63,979 bases of DNA, from the NCBI GenBank assembly GCA_036560885.1, contig DATBQJ010000146.1:1-63979 (forward strand), in the 5' to 3' direction. Within the stretch, counting starts at the first letter, position 1. Each line of letters opens with the position of its first letter. Positions 30,388 to 40,293 of the stretch are shown piece by piece. Below the pieces are notes generated by a model. The model saw only the letters and a program-made list of their open reading frames with translations, had not been told where the DNA came from and did no database searches. The translations under genes were made by a program, and so were the position numbers. This DNA is from Methylocella sp. GTDB taxonomy: Bacteria > Pseudomonadota > Alphaproteobacteria > Rhizobiales > Beijerinckiaceae.

Positions 30388-31884
30388 CTATTGTTGAACT
30401 ATGCTGAATTCGGTACGCCGGTCGTTGCGCAGGCGATCTTCCATTGCACTGTTGCTGCGGCCTTCCATTGTCCCGGTTTCGCCGGCTGACGACTTGGTGC
30501 TGCCGTATCCCTTCGCGCTCAGAATGGCGGGATTGACCCCGGCATCGACGAGGATTTGGCGCGCGGCGTTGGCCCGGCGTTGCGAGAGTTCTTTATTTGC
30601 GGTGGGATTGCCGATGCTATCAGCGTAGCCGCTGATTTGAACCAGTGTTCCAGGAGGCAATTGCTTCATCTGAGGGGCCACCTGCCGCAGGCGAATCTTG
30701 CCGCTCGACGGAATTTTGGCGCTATCTTCAGCGAAATAAATGGTTGGCAGATGAATGTCCGGCTGATTTGCAGCGACAACTGAGTTTTTGGATGCTGCCG
30801 CCGTTTTAGTCGGGCCACTGCCGGCAAGCGCAGCAACCGCAAATTGGGGCCCGAGAACGGATTTCACCGAACTTATGATCCCGTCGCGATCCGCATCAGG
30901 GATCGTTCCCCCAACACTAATGGCATTTCCTTCAAACACCGCTTCTGACCCTTGGGTTTTGAAGTTAGCGAGCGCTGCCTTGAGGTCCTTCGTCCAGTCC
31001 GCCTGGCCGGCATGTTGATCCACAGCGAGATCGCCAGTTATTTTGTCGGCTCCGAACACCGTTTTGAGCGAATCGATGATTGCGGTGCGACTGGTGTCAT
31101 CTCCGACGGTGCCGGAGTAGACAATGAGGCCATCCACATTGCTAAGCGCCAAGCTCGCGGGTATCGTAGGCGCGGGCGCGGGCGCGGACGCCGGCTTGCC
31201 AAGTGCTAAATTCGCCGGAGAAGGAGGCCCGGGCTGGATTGCCACACGCGCATTTTGCGCCGTGACCGGCGCGGACTGTACGGCCACACGGTTGACGTCG
31301 CTTCCTGCTGAAATCGCGTATCCCAAGGCCCCGAGCGTAATCACTACAGAGGCGGCCGGAACGAACAACCGTCCTAGCCCGGGAGCGCTGCCGCCGCCTC
31401 CCATGCTGCTCGTCGGAATTGGCGTAGCTCCAGGCACCATAGTATCGTCGGCGCGGGAGGATGAACGCGGGATGGTCGCGCCAGGGAAACGCAATACCTC
31501 CGCGGGAATCACCGGCGGGATAGCTCCGCCTTGGGCCAGCTGGCCGATGATTTTAGGTATCGCATAGCCCAAAATCGTTGTTGCGAAGCGTTGGCTTATG
31601 CCGACTTTATCGGCAATCTCGCTAATGATGTCGGAGCCTAGTGCCTCCTCTACTTCTTGCCCCGACAGCGGCACGGCATCGGTTCCTTCCACCCAAGAAG
31701 CAATTTCGGCGACGAAACCCGCGGCCTTGAACTTCTCCAGGAAGCCGCCAATGCCGCCTGGCTGTCGAGCAACCAGATTCACGGCCTCTCGAATAAGCGA
31801 ACGGCCCTTGGGTCCAAGATGATATCGCGCGCTGATTTCTTGAATGAGAGTTTCAAAAGTAGTGAGCTTGTCAAGAGTCGCCAT
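30388..31884 (-). CDS. OmpA-family peptidoglycan-binding protein with N-terminal YidB/DUF937-like domain
   Basis: N-terminal GGIGGFLEKFKAAG...SWV; central TM segment; C-terminal GYADSIG...NKELSQRRA...KGYG...DRRTEF. Confidence 0.82.
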   Translation of the reverse strand: MATLDKLTTFETLIQEISARYHLGPKGRSLIREAVNLVARQPGGIGGFLEKFKAAGFVAEIASWVEGTDAVPLSGQEVEEALGSDIISEIADKVGISQRFATTILGYAIPKIIGQLAQGGAIPPVIPAEVLRFPGATIPRSSSRADDTMVPGATPIPTSSMGGGGSAPGLGRLFVPAASVVITLGALGYAISAGSDVNRVAVQSAPVTAQNARVAIQPGPPSPANLALGKPASAPAPAPTIPASLALSNVDGLIVYSGTVGDDTSRTAIIDSLKTVFGADKITGDLAVDQHAGQADWTKDLKAALANFKTQGSEAVFEGNAISVGGTIPDADRDGIISSVKSVLGPQFAVAALAGSGPTKTAAASKNSVVAANQPDIHLPTIYFAEDSAKIPSSGKIRLRQVAPQMKQLPPGTLVQISGYADSIGNPTANKELSQRRANAARQILVDAGVNPAILSAKGYGSTKSSAGETGTMEGRSNSAMEDRLRNDRRTEFSIVQQ

Positions 31885-32573
31885 CTTGCCTCGTCTCCTT
31901 ACTTGAAAAATGCCAGCTGCCTCCGCGCGTCTCACGAACAGACGTTTGGTCCCTCCCAACGAACGGATAACCGCGGCTGGATGCGAAAGCTGCCCGACAT
32001 GCTCGCCTTTTATATATAGCCGCTTGCGGCAAAGCGCAGAGCCGGAGGCTTTGATTTTGCCATCGGCGGGCGGTTTAGTTTTCCCCCGCGATATTTAACG
32101 TTCGGTGCAGCTTGCGCGCCAAACCACCGCCTTTCGAAAACCGTAACCGGCGGCGTCTCGTGGGCTCTACCCCAATCGATGTATCACATACGTCGCTATG
32201 CGTAACTCTTACTTTCATGCCCCGCTTTGAGTCCGTCATTCAATAACCCGGAGCACGGAGGGATTGTTTCGCAATGACCAGCCGAGGCTACTGTGGAAGA
32301 GATCGCGAGCCGCAGGGGCCACGAAGTGCGCGGGGGAGCGCCGAAAAGGGAGTAAGAGCTCTTGCCGCCGCGCAAGTCTCATCACAACGATTTGACACTT
32401 ACATCCCGCATTTTCACCTGGAACCACCTCAAGATGAGACGATATGAATTCTTGAATGGTCACATTTAGGCTAGAGGCCGCGCCCCTATCTCGTGGCCTG
32501 CCAGCGGATGCTGCAGCAAATCCGCGGCGATGGCGCGCTCTCATAGAATCTTCAACCCTAAATGGAGAAACCT

Positions 32574-33254
32574 ATGTCTCTGACATACGAGGAGATGACA
32601 AGCCACGAGCGCTCCGCCAAGGGCGGGTTCGTGGATGCCATCGGTGGCGTTGCCACTATTGTCCTGGCTATCTTGGGGTTGGCGGGTCTTGCTCCGACCA
32701 TGATGATCGGAATTGCAACCATCGTCTTCGGCGTGGCCCTGCTGATCCAAGGCGGGACAATGTTATCCGAGTACGCCCGGATAATTTTTCCACCCGGCGC
32801 GAACGCTGCTTCCGTTGACCATTTCGGCGGCAACAGCCTGTCGGCCGTTTTCCTGGTCGGTGCCGCCGGTATCGTCCTTGGCCTGCTGGCCTTGCTGGGC
32901 ATTAATCACTTGCTCACGTCGGTTGCGGTTATCGCGTTCGGCACTGCCTTGGTGCTGAGCAGCAATTCGGTGTGGCATTTGCATGTGCTCAAGCATGCGG
33001 TGGCAAGAGCCGAAAGCCAATCACAGCTTGCCGGAAGCGAATTTCTGGCAACCGAGATGGCCTCCGGTTCCGCGAGCATTCAGGCGCTCGCCGGGTTGGC
33101 CGCGATCGTGCTCGGCATTCTCGCGGTCGCGGGGATGGATGTAACAGTCCTGACCCTGGTCGCGTTGCTCGCACTTGGTGCCACGCTGGTCATGAGCGGA
33201 AGCACGCTGAGCGGGACAGTGATGAGCTTGATGCGGCCTTCGACTCAGATCTGA
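32574..33254 (+). CDS. Hypothetical membrane protein with three internal two-helix repeats
   Basis: Three G..G.A.IVL.IL.L.G units; GGAGA RBS upstream. Confidence 0.75.
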   Translation: MSLTYEEMTSHERSAKGGFVDAIGGVATIVLAILGLAGLAPTMMIGIATIVFGVALLIQGGTMLSEYARIIFPPGANAASVDHFGGNSLSAVFLVGAAGIVLGLLALLGINHLLTSVAVIAFGTALVLSSNSVWHLHVLKHAVARAESQSQLAGSEFLATEMASGSASIQALAGLAAIVLGILAVAGMDVTVLTLVALLALGATLVMSGSTLSGTVMSLMRPSTQI

Positions 33255-33815
33255 AGGCGAGCCACGAATATGGACGGGCGCTGCTAAACTGAAGTTGAGA
33301 TCCTAAGCGCACGCCTCCCTGTGATCCGCGGCAATGGGCTGCGCCCACGGTTGCCAAAAGGGGCATGTCCGAGGCCGACGTTGCAACTTCGCCTGACGCC
33401 CCGCCAAATGGCGTGGCCCTATGCATCCGCGTACCCCGCCGCGCAACAATCGATCTATGCGATCAATCGATGCGCGGCGGAAGGGCGGCTAACAAAAGCC
33501 TTCCCCTAGACCATGTGCTTAAAATAGGCGCGCGCTTGTTGCGTTTGGCACAATCCAACTCATCGAATTTGAACGGTTCCTTCGATCACGTGATTCCACG
33601 TGAGGGGGAAGCCTTCCAACTGAACTCGCACTATGTGACACCAAAGCCGCACAAATTGTTTTTCTGAACGTCATCCACAACTTCCTGCGGGACTGGGCTT
33701 TTGCACCTGCATCCGGATGCTATGCTAGCGGCTATCTAGAAATTGTTTGTACGCGGTTAGTCCGCATGCCGCGTGGGAACCAATTTCCGGCCGCGCGCGA
33801 TTTTGGAGGTGAACC

Positions 33816-34403
33816 TTGGATGGCAAAAATTTAGCCTCTCGCCGGTTCGATTTCGATCCCGCTTTTGAGTTGGCGGCGATCGAAACTGTCGGCCTTGTCG
33901 AAATTGCCGGACGCGTTAAATGGTTCGACATCGCGAAAGGCTACGGCTTTATCGTGCCGGATAACGGCGGCGCCGACGTTCTTTTGCATGTCACCACCTT
34001 GCGCAAGGACGGCTTTAGCGCCGCGTGCGAGGGAGCCCGCGTCGTCTGCGAGGCCGTACGCCGGGCGAAGGGGCTTCAGGTTCTAAAAATTATCTCAATG
34101 GATGAACCGGCCGCCGGACGCCGCTCCGAATGGAAACCGCCGCAGGGCTCTTCCGAGGTGGCGCCAGTGGGCGGGTTTCAAATCGCCATTGTCAAATGGT
34201 TCAACCGGCCGCGCGGATTTGGTTTTCTGACCCAAGGCGAGGGGACACAAGATATTTTTGTCCATATGGAAACTTTGCGCCGTTACGGGCTTGCGGAGGT
34301 GCGGCCGGGAGAAAGCCTCCTCGTGCGTTTCGGTGATGGCCCGAAGGGACTTATGGCGGCCGAAGTGCGGCCACTCGATGCGGCAATGCCTATCCCGCAC
34401 TGA
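33816..34403 (+). CDS. Tandem cold-shock domain protein
   Basis: Two cold-shock domains: VKWFDIAKGYGFI...DVLLH and VKWFNRPRGFGFL...DIFVH. Confidence 0.92.
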   Translation: MDGKNLASRRFDFDPAFELAAIETVGLVEIAGRVKWFDIAKGYGFIVPDNGGADVLLHVTTLRKDGFSAACEGARVVCEAVRRAKGLQVLKIISMDEPAAGRRSEWKPPQGSSEVAPVGGFQIAIVKWFNRPRGFGFLTQGEGTQDIFVHMETLRRYGLAEVRPGESLLVRFGDGPKGLMAAEVRPLDAAMPIPH

Positions 34404-34623
34404 GAGTGTCTCCGTTGGCGGGTTAGCGGCGGTCAGCTCCGCTGCGGCCGCGGGCCGGACGTTGCGGGTGAAGGTCGTTGGCGGGGGCCGGTCCGAGTCG
34501 GCCAGCAAGCGGCTCGCCTTCAGCCCTTCAATCGGGTAGTTTTTTGGAACGTTGACTGATTAATGACCGCTTGCGACATCTACGCGGCGTGCACCGTCAA
34601 AGGAGTCATCACGGACAAATTCA

Positions 34624-36702
34624 GTGACGGACGTCTTCAACGAGCCGGGTTGGGCCCGTGGCACGAGGGCCCTAGCTCGACTGAGCACAGCTTTGAAAAA
34701 TGCGGCGGGGGCCGCGGGTCCGTCGCTGCTTTTTGGGCTGCGTCTATGGGCCTCTGTCTGCCTTGCTCTCTATCTCGCGTTCTGGCTCGAGCTCGAAAAT
34801 GCCTTTTGGGCCGGCACTACAGCCGCTCTCGTTTGTCAGCCCCATCTGGGGGCTTCGCTGCGCAAGGGATGGTACCGCATGATCGGCACCCTGGTCGGTG
34901 CCGCGGCGATCGTGGTACTGACCGCGTGCTTCCCGCAGGACCGCGCCCTGTTCCTCCTCGCCCTGCCGCTATGGTGCGCTGCATGCGCTCTCGTCGCCAC
35001 GCTTCTGCATAATTTTGCGTCCTACGCGGCGGCGCTGGCCGGCTTCACGGCCGCGATCATCGCAGCCGACGTGCTTGGCGCGACGGGCGGCCCGAACGCG
35101 GATGCGGTCTTCCTGCTCGCGGTTTACCGCGCCAGCGAGATCTGCATCGGTATTGTAAGCGCCGGCGTCGTTCTCGCTGGGACCGATTTCGGCGCCGCCC
35201 GGCGCCGCCTGGCCGCGTTATTTGCTGCTCTGGCAGCCGAAATCACGGACCAGTTTACCGGCATGTTGGCGCTAGCCGGGCCGGAAATGCCGGAGACGCA
35301 AACTGCCCGGCGCGAACTCGTGCGGCGGGCCAGTGCGCTCGATCCGGTCATCGACGAGGCGAAGGGAGAATCTTCTCAAATCCGTTATCATTCGCCGGTA
35401 TTGCAGAGAGCTGTGGACGGCTTGTTCTCCGCCCAGTGCGGCTGGCGCACGGTAGCGGTACTGCTGGTCCGGCTGCCGGGCGACAAGGCTCGGCAGGAGG
35501 GCGATGCCGTCCTGCGAAGCATTCCGGACGACCTGCGATCCGCGGAGCACGGTGTGCCAGCAGACTATATGACAGACCCCGACCGCCGGCGCCGGGCCTG
35601 CGAGATGGCGGTGCGGACGTTGACCGCTCTACCGGCCGGCACACCATCACTGCGGCTGCTTGCCGACCAGACGGCTAAGGTGTTCGACGGCATCGCGGAC
35701 GCGCTCAACGGACTGGCGCTGCTTGCCGGCGCTCCTGTTTGTCCCGTTCCCCGGGGCCGTGGCTTCCGGCTTCGCGTGCCCGATTGGCTGCCTTCACTCG
35801 TCAATGCGGGGCGCGCGTTCGTCGCGATCGGCCTCGTTGAGCTCTTCTGGATCATGACGGCGTGGCCGAATGGCGCCTTCGCCATCACCTTCGCCGCCAT
35901 CGTAATTCTGCTGTTATCGCCACAAGCCGAGCGAGCCTACGCGGCCGCGATGCGTTTCATGATCGGCCTCGCTCTTGCCACCATCTTCACGGCGATCATC
36001 GCATTTGCAGTGCTGCCGGGGCTTGAGACCTTCGAGGCCTTCTGCCTCGCTATTGGTCTTTACCTGATACCCGTCGGGGCCCTCGTGGCCCAACCATGGC
36101 AGACGTTGACTTTTACCGCCATGATAGTCGGTTTTATGCCGCTGCTCTCGCCCGCGAACCAGATGAGCTACGACCCTCAGCAATTTTACAACCTCGCGCT
36201 GGCGATCGTCGCGGGAAGCGGCACCGCGGTGTTTTCGTTTCGTTTGATGCCGCCGCTGTCGCCCGCGTTTCGGGCTCGCCGGCTGCTGGCGCTGACCTTG
36301 CGGGATCTGCGCCGACTCGGAAAGGATCGTATCTCATGGTCAGCCGAGGATTGGGAGGGCCGCATATACGGCCGGCTCGCAACATTCCCGGACGCCGCCG
36401 AGCCATTGCAGCGATCGCAGCTTTTGGCGGGGTCATCGGTGGGCACCGAAATCATCCGGCTTCGCCACATGACCCACCAGCTCGGTCTGAACTTGGATCT
36501 CGACGCCGCGCTCCGGCCCTTAGCGCAAGGAAGCAGCGCAATCGCGACCGCAGGGCTTGCCCGGCTCGATGACCGCCTCTCCTCTTTCCCCGGCGCTGGG
36601 TCAGCGGCGTCTCTTGCTCTCCAGGCGCGCGGGAGTATCCTTGTAATCGCGGAGGCGCTCATCACGCATGCCTCTTACTTCGACGCAGGAGCGCCCGAGT
36701 GA
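34624..36702 (+). CDS. FUSC family (AaeB/FusC-like) efflux membrane protein
   Basis: LALYLAFWLELENAFWA...QP.LGASLRKG.YRMIGT. Confidence 0.9.
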   Translation: MTDVFNEPGWARGTRALARLSTALKNAAGAAGPSLLFGLRLWASVCLALYLAFWLELENAFWAGTTAALVCQPHLGASLRKGWYRMIGTLVGAAAIVVLTACFPQDRALFLLALPLWCAACALVATLLHNFASYAAALAGFTAAIIAADVLGATGGPNADAVFLLAVYRASEICIGIVSAGVVLAGTDFGAARRRLAALFAALAAEITDQFTGMLALAGPEMPETQTARRELVRRASALDPVIDEAKGESSQIRYHSPVLQRAVDGLFSAQCGWRTVAVLLVRLPGDKARQEGDAVLRSIPDDLRSAEHGVPADYMTDPDRRRRACEMAVRTLTALPAGTPSLRLLADQTAKVFDGIADALNGLALLAGAPVCPVPRGRGFRLRVPDWLPSLVNAGRAFVAIGLVELFWIMTAWPNGAFAITFAAIVILLLSPQAERAYAAAMRFMIGLALATIFTAIIAFAVLPGLETFEAFCLAIGLYLIPVGALVAQPWQTLTFTAMIVGFMPLLSPANQMSYDPQQFYNLALAIVAGSGTAVFSFRLMPPLSPAFRARRLLALTLRDLRRLGKDRISWSAEDWEGRIYGRLATFPDAAEPLQRSQLLAGSSVGTEIIRLRHMTHQLGLNLDLDAALRPLAQGSSAIATAGLARLDDRLSSFPGAGSAASLALQARGSILVIAEALITHASYFDAGAPE

Positions 36703-36902
36703 GGTTCACCGAGATCGATTTGTACGGCGTTTACGTTGCGCCGATGTCGTTGATGATGGCCGCGGCGTGGCTCATCACGATCGCGCTGCGCCGGGTTGCG
36801 AGCCGCTTCGGCGTGTTGCGTTATGTTTGGCATCCAGCTCTGTTCGTGTTCGCCGTTTACATGATCGTACTGTCGTCCATAACGCTAATCGTCGCGCGCT
36901 GA
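36699..36902 (+). CDS. DUF1656 (AaeX-like) small membrane protein
   Basis: EIDLYGVYV...RYVWHPALF. Confidence 0.9.
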   Translation: MRFTEIDLYGVYVAPMSLMMAAAWLITIALRRVASRFGVLRYVWHPALFVFAVYMIVLSSITLIVAR

Positions 36903-36909
36903 GCTCGCC

Positions 36910-37890
36910 ATGACCGAAGCTCAAACCGAAGCTAAGAGCATCAGGACGGCAGAGGAACGCGAAGCCGTGTGGTCCCCCGGCCTGGCGCCCCGCCAAAAGG
37001 CCAGGCCACGCCCAAGCCTAAGAATCATTCCAGTTTTGATCACTTTGGTGACGGTTGCGCTTGCCGTGGCGTTGGGTTGGGCGATGTGGGACACTTATAT
37101 GGGGGCACCTTGGACGCGCGACGGGACCGTGCGCGTCTATGTCGTCACCATGGCACCCGAGGTCGCTGGGCGAATCGTTGGGCTGCCCGTCGTCGACAAC
37201 CAGTTTGTGCACAAGGGCGATTTGTTGATGGTGATCGACCCGAGAGACTACACGATCGCCGTCAGTCGTGGCGAGGCGGCTGTGAAACAAGCTGAGGCTA
37301 ATGCGCGGAACTCAGAGATACAGTCGCGGCGCCGGCAAAAACTGGGTCCGAATGCCGTCACATTAGAGGATCAGCAGACATATGCGACGACGGCGGTTGC
37401 AGACCAAGCGCTATATCAGCAAGCCATAGCAAATCTGGACCAGGCGCGGGTCAACCTCGAGCGCACTCAGGTCCGCTCTCCGGTGAATGGCTGGGTGACC
37501 CACCTGCTCGCGCAGCTCGGCGACTACGCGAATGTCGGGCAGAATATAATCTCCCTCGTCGATGCCGACTCATTTTGGGTCGACGGCTATTTCGAGGAGA
37601 TTTACCTCGGTTCGATTCATGAGGGCGATCCTGCCGAGATCAAACCTATGGGCTACAGTCAAATCGTTCGTGGCCACGTCGACAGCATCGCGCGCGCCAT
37701 CAACGTCCCGAACGCGCTAGCCAACCAGCAAGGGCTTGCAACGGTCAATCCGATCTTCACCTGGGTCCGCCTTGCCCAGCGAATTCCGGTACGCATCCAC
37801 ATCGATGCGGTTCCGGAGGGCATGGTCTTAGCGGCTGGGATGACGACCACCGTGCAGATCAATCCTCAACCCCGGCCGCAAGTCCAGTGA
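36910..37890 (+). CDS. HlyD/AaeA family membrane fusion protein
   Basis: PWTRDGTVR...APEVAG...DNQFVHKGD...FTWVRLAQRIPVRI. Confidence 0.92.
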   Translation: MTEAQTEAKSIRTAEEREAVWSPGLAPRQKARPRPSLRIIPVLITLVTVALAVALGWAMWDTYMGAPWTRDGTVRVYVVTMAPEVAGRIVGLPVVDNQFVHKGDLLMVIDPRDYTIAVSRGEAAVKQAEANARNSEIQSRRRQKLGPNAVTLEDQQTYATTAVADQALYQQAIANLDQARVNLERTQVRSPVNGWVTHLLAQLGDYANVGQNIISLVDADSFWVDGYFEEIYLGSIHEGDPAEIKPMGYSQIVRGHVDSIARAINVPNALANQQGLATVNPIFTWVRLAQRIPVRIHIDAVPEGMVLAAGMTTTVQINPQPRPQVQ

Positions 37891-37903
37891 CGCAGTAGCC
37901 TAG

Positions 37904-37948
37904 ACCTTGGCAGCTTGGAAGGTGCCCATACCTTGGCAGCTTGGAAGG
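37904..37948 (+). repeat. 19-bp direct repeat, two copies (ACCTTGGCAGCTTGGAAGG)
   Basis: Exact copies at 37904-37922 and 37930-37948. Confidence 0.85.
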
Positions 37949-37956
37949 GAAAGCGC

Positions 37957-38526
37957 ATGGTTTTTATCAAATTGTTTTCATCTCAGACTGCATCCAAAAA
38001 ATCTGCGCCTTGCTGCGATCGTACGCTAACCATCCGCCGCGCCAGTTTGACGCGCGGGGTTTTGCCCTTCCTTCGCCTTTACGCAACCCTGGTTTTTCTC
38101 GGCGCGAGTCCGGCGGCGCTCGCCATCGACGCGCCGCCGCCGCAAGGCAACCTCGAAAGGCTGCAAATCGTCACCGCCAGCGGAACCCACGAATTTTCCG
38201 TGGAAGTCATGCGCAGCGAGCCGCAACGCGAACGGGGCCTGATGTTCCGCCGGTTTCTTCCGCAAGATCGTGGCATGTTGTTTGATTTCGGGACCGAGCG
38301 GCCGGTGATGATGTGGATGAAAAATACTTACTTGCCGCTCGATATGATCTTCATCAGCCGGGCCGGCAAAGTGTCTGGACTCGCCGAAAATACCGAGCCC
38401 TTGTCGGAAAAAATTATCCCCTCGGGCGCTCCGGCCTATGGCGTTCTCGAAGTCAATGCCGGGACGGCAGCTCGTATCGGCTTGCGGATCGGGGACGATG
38501 TCCGCCACCCTCTATTCGCCAAGTGA
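37957..38526 (+). CDS. DUF192 domain protein
   Basis: RERGLMFR...GMLFDF...MWMKNTYLPLDMIFI...VLEVNAG. Confidence 0.92.
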   Translation: MVFIKLFSSQTASKKSAPCCDRTLTIRRASLTRGVLPFLRLYATLVFLGASPAALAIDAPPPQGNLERLQIVTASGTHEFSVEVMRSEPQRERGLMFRRFLPQDRGMLFDFGTERPVMMWMKNTYLPLDMIFISRAGKVSGLAENTEPLSEKIIPSGAPAYGVLEVNAGTAARIGLRIGDDVRHPLFAK

Positions 38527-38604
38527 CGAAGACCCCGTCCTTGTTCGCGGCGCCTCCGCGTGATAGCGAACACGCGGCAATAGGTCAGGGGGAACCTTGC
38601 CATG

Positions 38605-38681
38605 CGGGGCATAGCGCAGTCTGGTAGCGCGGAAGTTTTGGGTACTTCAGGTCGCAGGTTCGAATCCTGCTGCCCCGACCA
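38605..38681 (+). tRNA. tRNA-Pro (TGG)
   Basis: 77-nt cloverleaf; anticodon arm GAAGT-TTTGGGT-ACTTC; T-loop GTTCGAATC; encoded CCA. Confidence 0.96.
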
Positions 38682-38733
38682 ATCTCACAGCGGCCTGGCT
38701 CTCGACAGCAAATCAAGGTGGGAGTAACCTCGC

Positions 38734-38838
38734 CTAGTGCATTTTCGAGCGAAATGGACACCGGTTCGCTTTAAGAAAATGCGATAAAACAAAAACCTAG
38801 AGCGCTTTCTGATTCCACTAAATCAGAAAGCGCTCTAG
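38734..38838. repeat. Approximately 105-bp MITE/RIME-like intergenic repeat (copy 2)
   Basis: Bounded by CTAG at both ends; near-identical to 8058-8161. Confidence 0.85.
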
Positions 38839-38882
38839 GTCCGCGTAAATGCCCGTCTGCTTCGAGATAAGAGCGATCGACA

Positions 38883-39188
38883 ATGACTGCACGGATTTAC
38901 CGCCCCTCCCGGACCACGACCCAATCTGGTATTGCCATGTCCAAGCTATGGGTTTTGGAATTTGAACCCGCCGCGCCACGTCAGATCGACCCGTTGATGG
39001 GCTGGACGAGTTCGAGCGATATGACGAGTCAGGTGCGGCTGAAGTTCGCCACCAAGGAAGAAGCGATTGCTTATGCCGGGAAGTATGGCTTGAGTTACAG
39101 GGTCGAGGACACCAAGCCAGGTCCCCGGAAAATCCAAAGCTATTCCGATAATTTCAAAACGACCCGTCTTAGCCAATGGACCCACTGA
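38883..39188 (+). CDS. ETC complex I subunit (NDUFS4-like)
   Basis: ARIYRP...QSG...DPLMGWTSSSD...V.LKF.TKEEAIAYA. Confidence 0.92.
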   Translation: MTARIYRPSRTTTQSGIAMSKLWVLEFEPAAPRQIDPLMGWTSSSDMTSQVRLKFATKEEAIAYAGKYGLSYRVEDTKPGPRKIQSYSDNFKTTRLSQWTH

Positions 39189-39291
39189 GCCAGCATTTTT
39201 TCATACTTGACTTGAATATAGTTATGTAAACTACTGTTTTATAGGTGAAATTAGCACTAGAGAACTCGCCGCTCCGGCGCAAGGCACGGCC

Positions 39292-39368
39292 GGCCCCGTA
39301 GCTCAGCTGGATAGAGCAGCCGCCTTCTAAGCGGCAGGCCGCAGGTTCGAGCCCTGCCGGGGTCGCCA
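39292..39368 (+). tRNA. tRNA-Arg (TCT)
   Basis: 77-nt cloverleaf; anticodon arm GCCGC-CTTCTAA-GCGGC; GTTCGAG T-loop; encoded CCA. Confidence 0.96.
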
Positions 39369-39465
39369 ACACCGGGCATACGAGTCCCAATAGGGCGATT
39401 CGGCGGATGATGTGCGAACGAGTGCGCCGTATCGAGAATGGCCGGATGCGCCATAGACAGAAGGC

Positions 39466-40260
39466 TCAATTGACTGGAATAAGACTTTTGTCCTCATTTC
39501 TCTTGAGCTTGAAATAGGCTTCGAGCGTGCCCGGCTCCGCGTAATAGACAACTTCCTTCGCCTTCAGCTCCATCAGCCGTTGCAGGAAATTTGTTCGATA
39601 GAGCGAGGCGTTTACGTAGAGGTCTCCGGACATCGCCTGCGCGGTCTTCAAATCCTCGAGAAAACCCTTCAGATCATCCGGCTTGCCGTTTTCACCAATA
39701 TGGTTGCGCACAGTTTGGATCGCGTCGTTCAGCTGAATGAAGCAATGCGACATGGCGATGTGCCATGTCTTTACGGACAACCGGTTAAGACCGGAGACTT
39801 CGTCGCCATGCGAGTCTTTGAAGAATGCGTTGTGGCAATCGATCTTGGAAATATCGCGCAAACTGACCGGGACGGAATTGCCGAGCGCACTGTCTACGGC
39901 CATGTCGATGCGGCTCAGGAGCGGGGCGTCGCCGACATTCCATTTCGTCAACAGATCATCGTAGATTTTCGTGGCCTCCTTGAGCCGGTCGTCGTGTCCT
40001 GGGTGTGGCGCGGCGCTTTGCGAGAGTTCGTCGAGCAACCGGAACCCGCGGTACCATCGCTCATGCGCAAGGGCGATCGCGTCCGCATGAATCTGCTCCG
40101 CGTTCTTGATATTTTCTTCGAGACGGGCGAGACGCTTGTCGCGCACCCATGTCACGTAACCGAACGCACCAGAAAGAATGGAACCGAGAAGCCCCACGGT
40201 CAGCAGTTTCACGATATCCGGTTTGACGGTCTCCCAGAGTCCTTTGTCCCCCTCCGCCAC
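39466..40260 (-). CDS. Hypothetical membrane-anchored protein
   Basis: GTG start with GGAGG RBS; N-terminal TM segment followed by a helical region; no recognised family. Confidence 0.7.
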   Translation of the reverse strand: MAEGDKGLWETVKPDIVKLLTVGLLGSILSGAFGYVTWVRDKRLARLEENIKNAEQIHADAIALAHERWYRGFRLLDELSQSAAPHPGHDDRLKEATKIYDDLLTKWNVGDAPLLSRIDMAVDSALGNSVPVSLRDISKIDCHNAFFKDSHGDEVSGLNRLSVKTWHIAMSHCFIQLNDAIQTVRNHIGENGKPDDLKGFLEDLKTAQAMSGDLYVNASLYRTNFLQRLMELKAKEVVYYAEPGTLEAYFKLKRNEDKSLIPVN

Positions 40261-40293
40261 GATCGCCTCCGCTTTGCGCTGCCCTATTTTGCG

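Noticed and set aside
34546-34571. GGAAC-N17-CGCT upstream of the FUSC gene as an EcfG promoter
   Set aside because: The -10 element mismatches the consensus; too weak to call.
37904-37948. Possible CRISPR mini-array
   Set aside because: Only two 19-bp units with a 7-bp spacer, and no cas genes in the window.
39292-39466. Prophage or integrative element at tRNA-Arg or tRNA-Pro
   Set aside because: No integrase and no duplicated tRNA 3' end were seen in the window.
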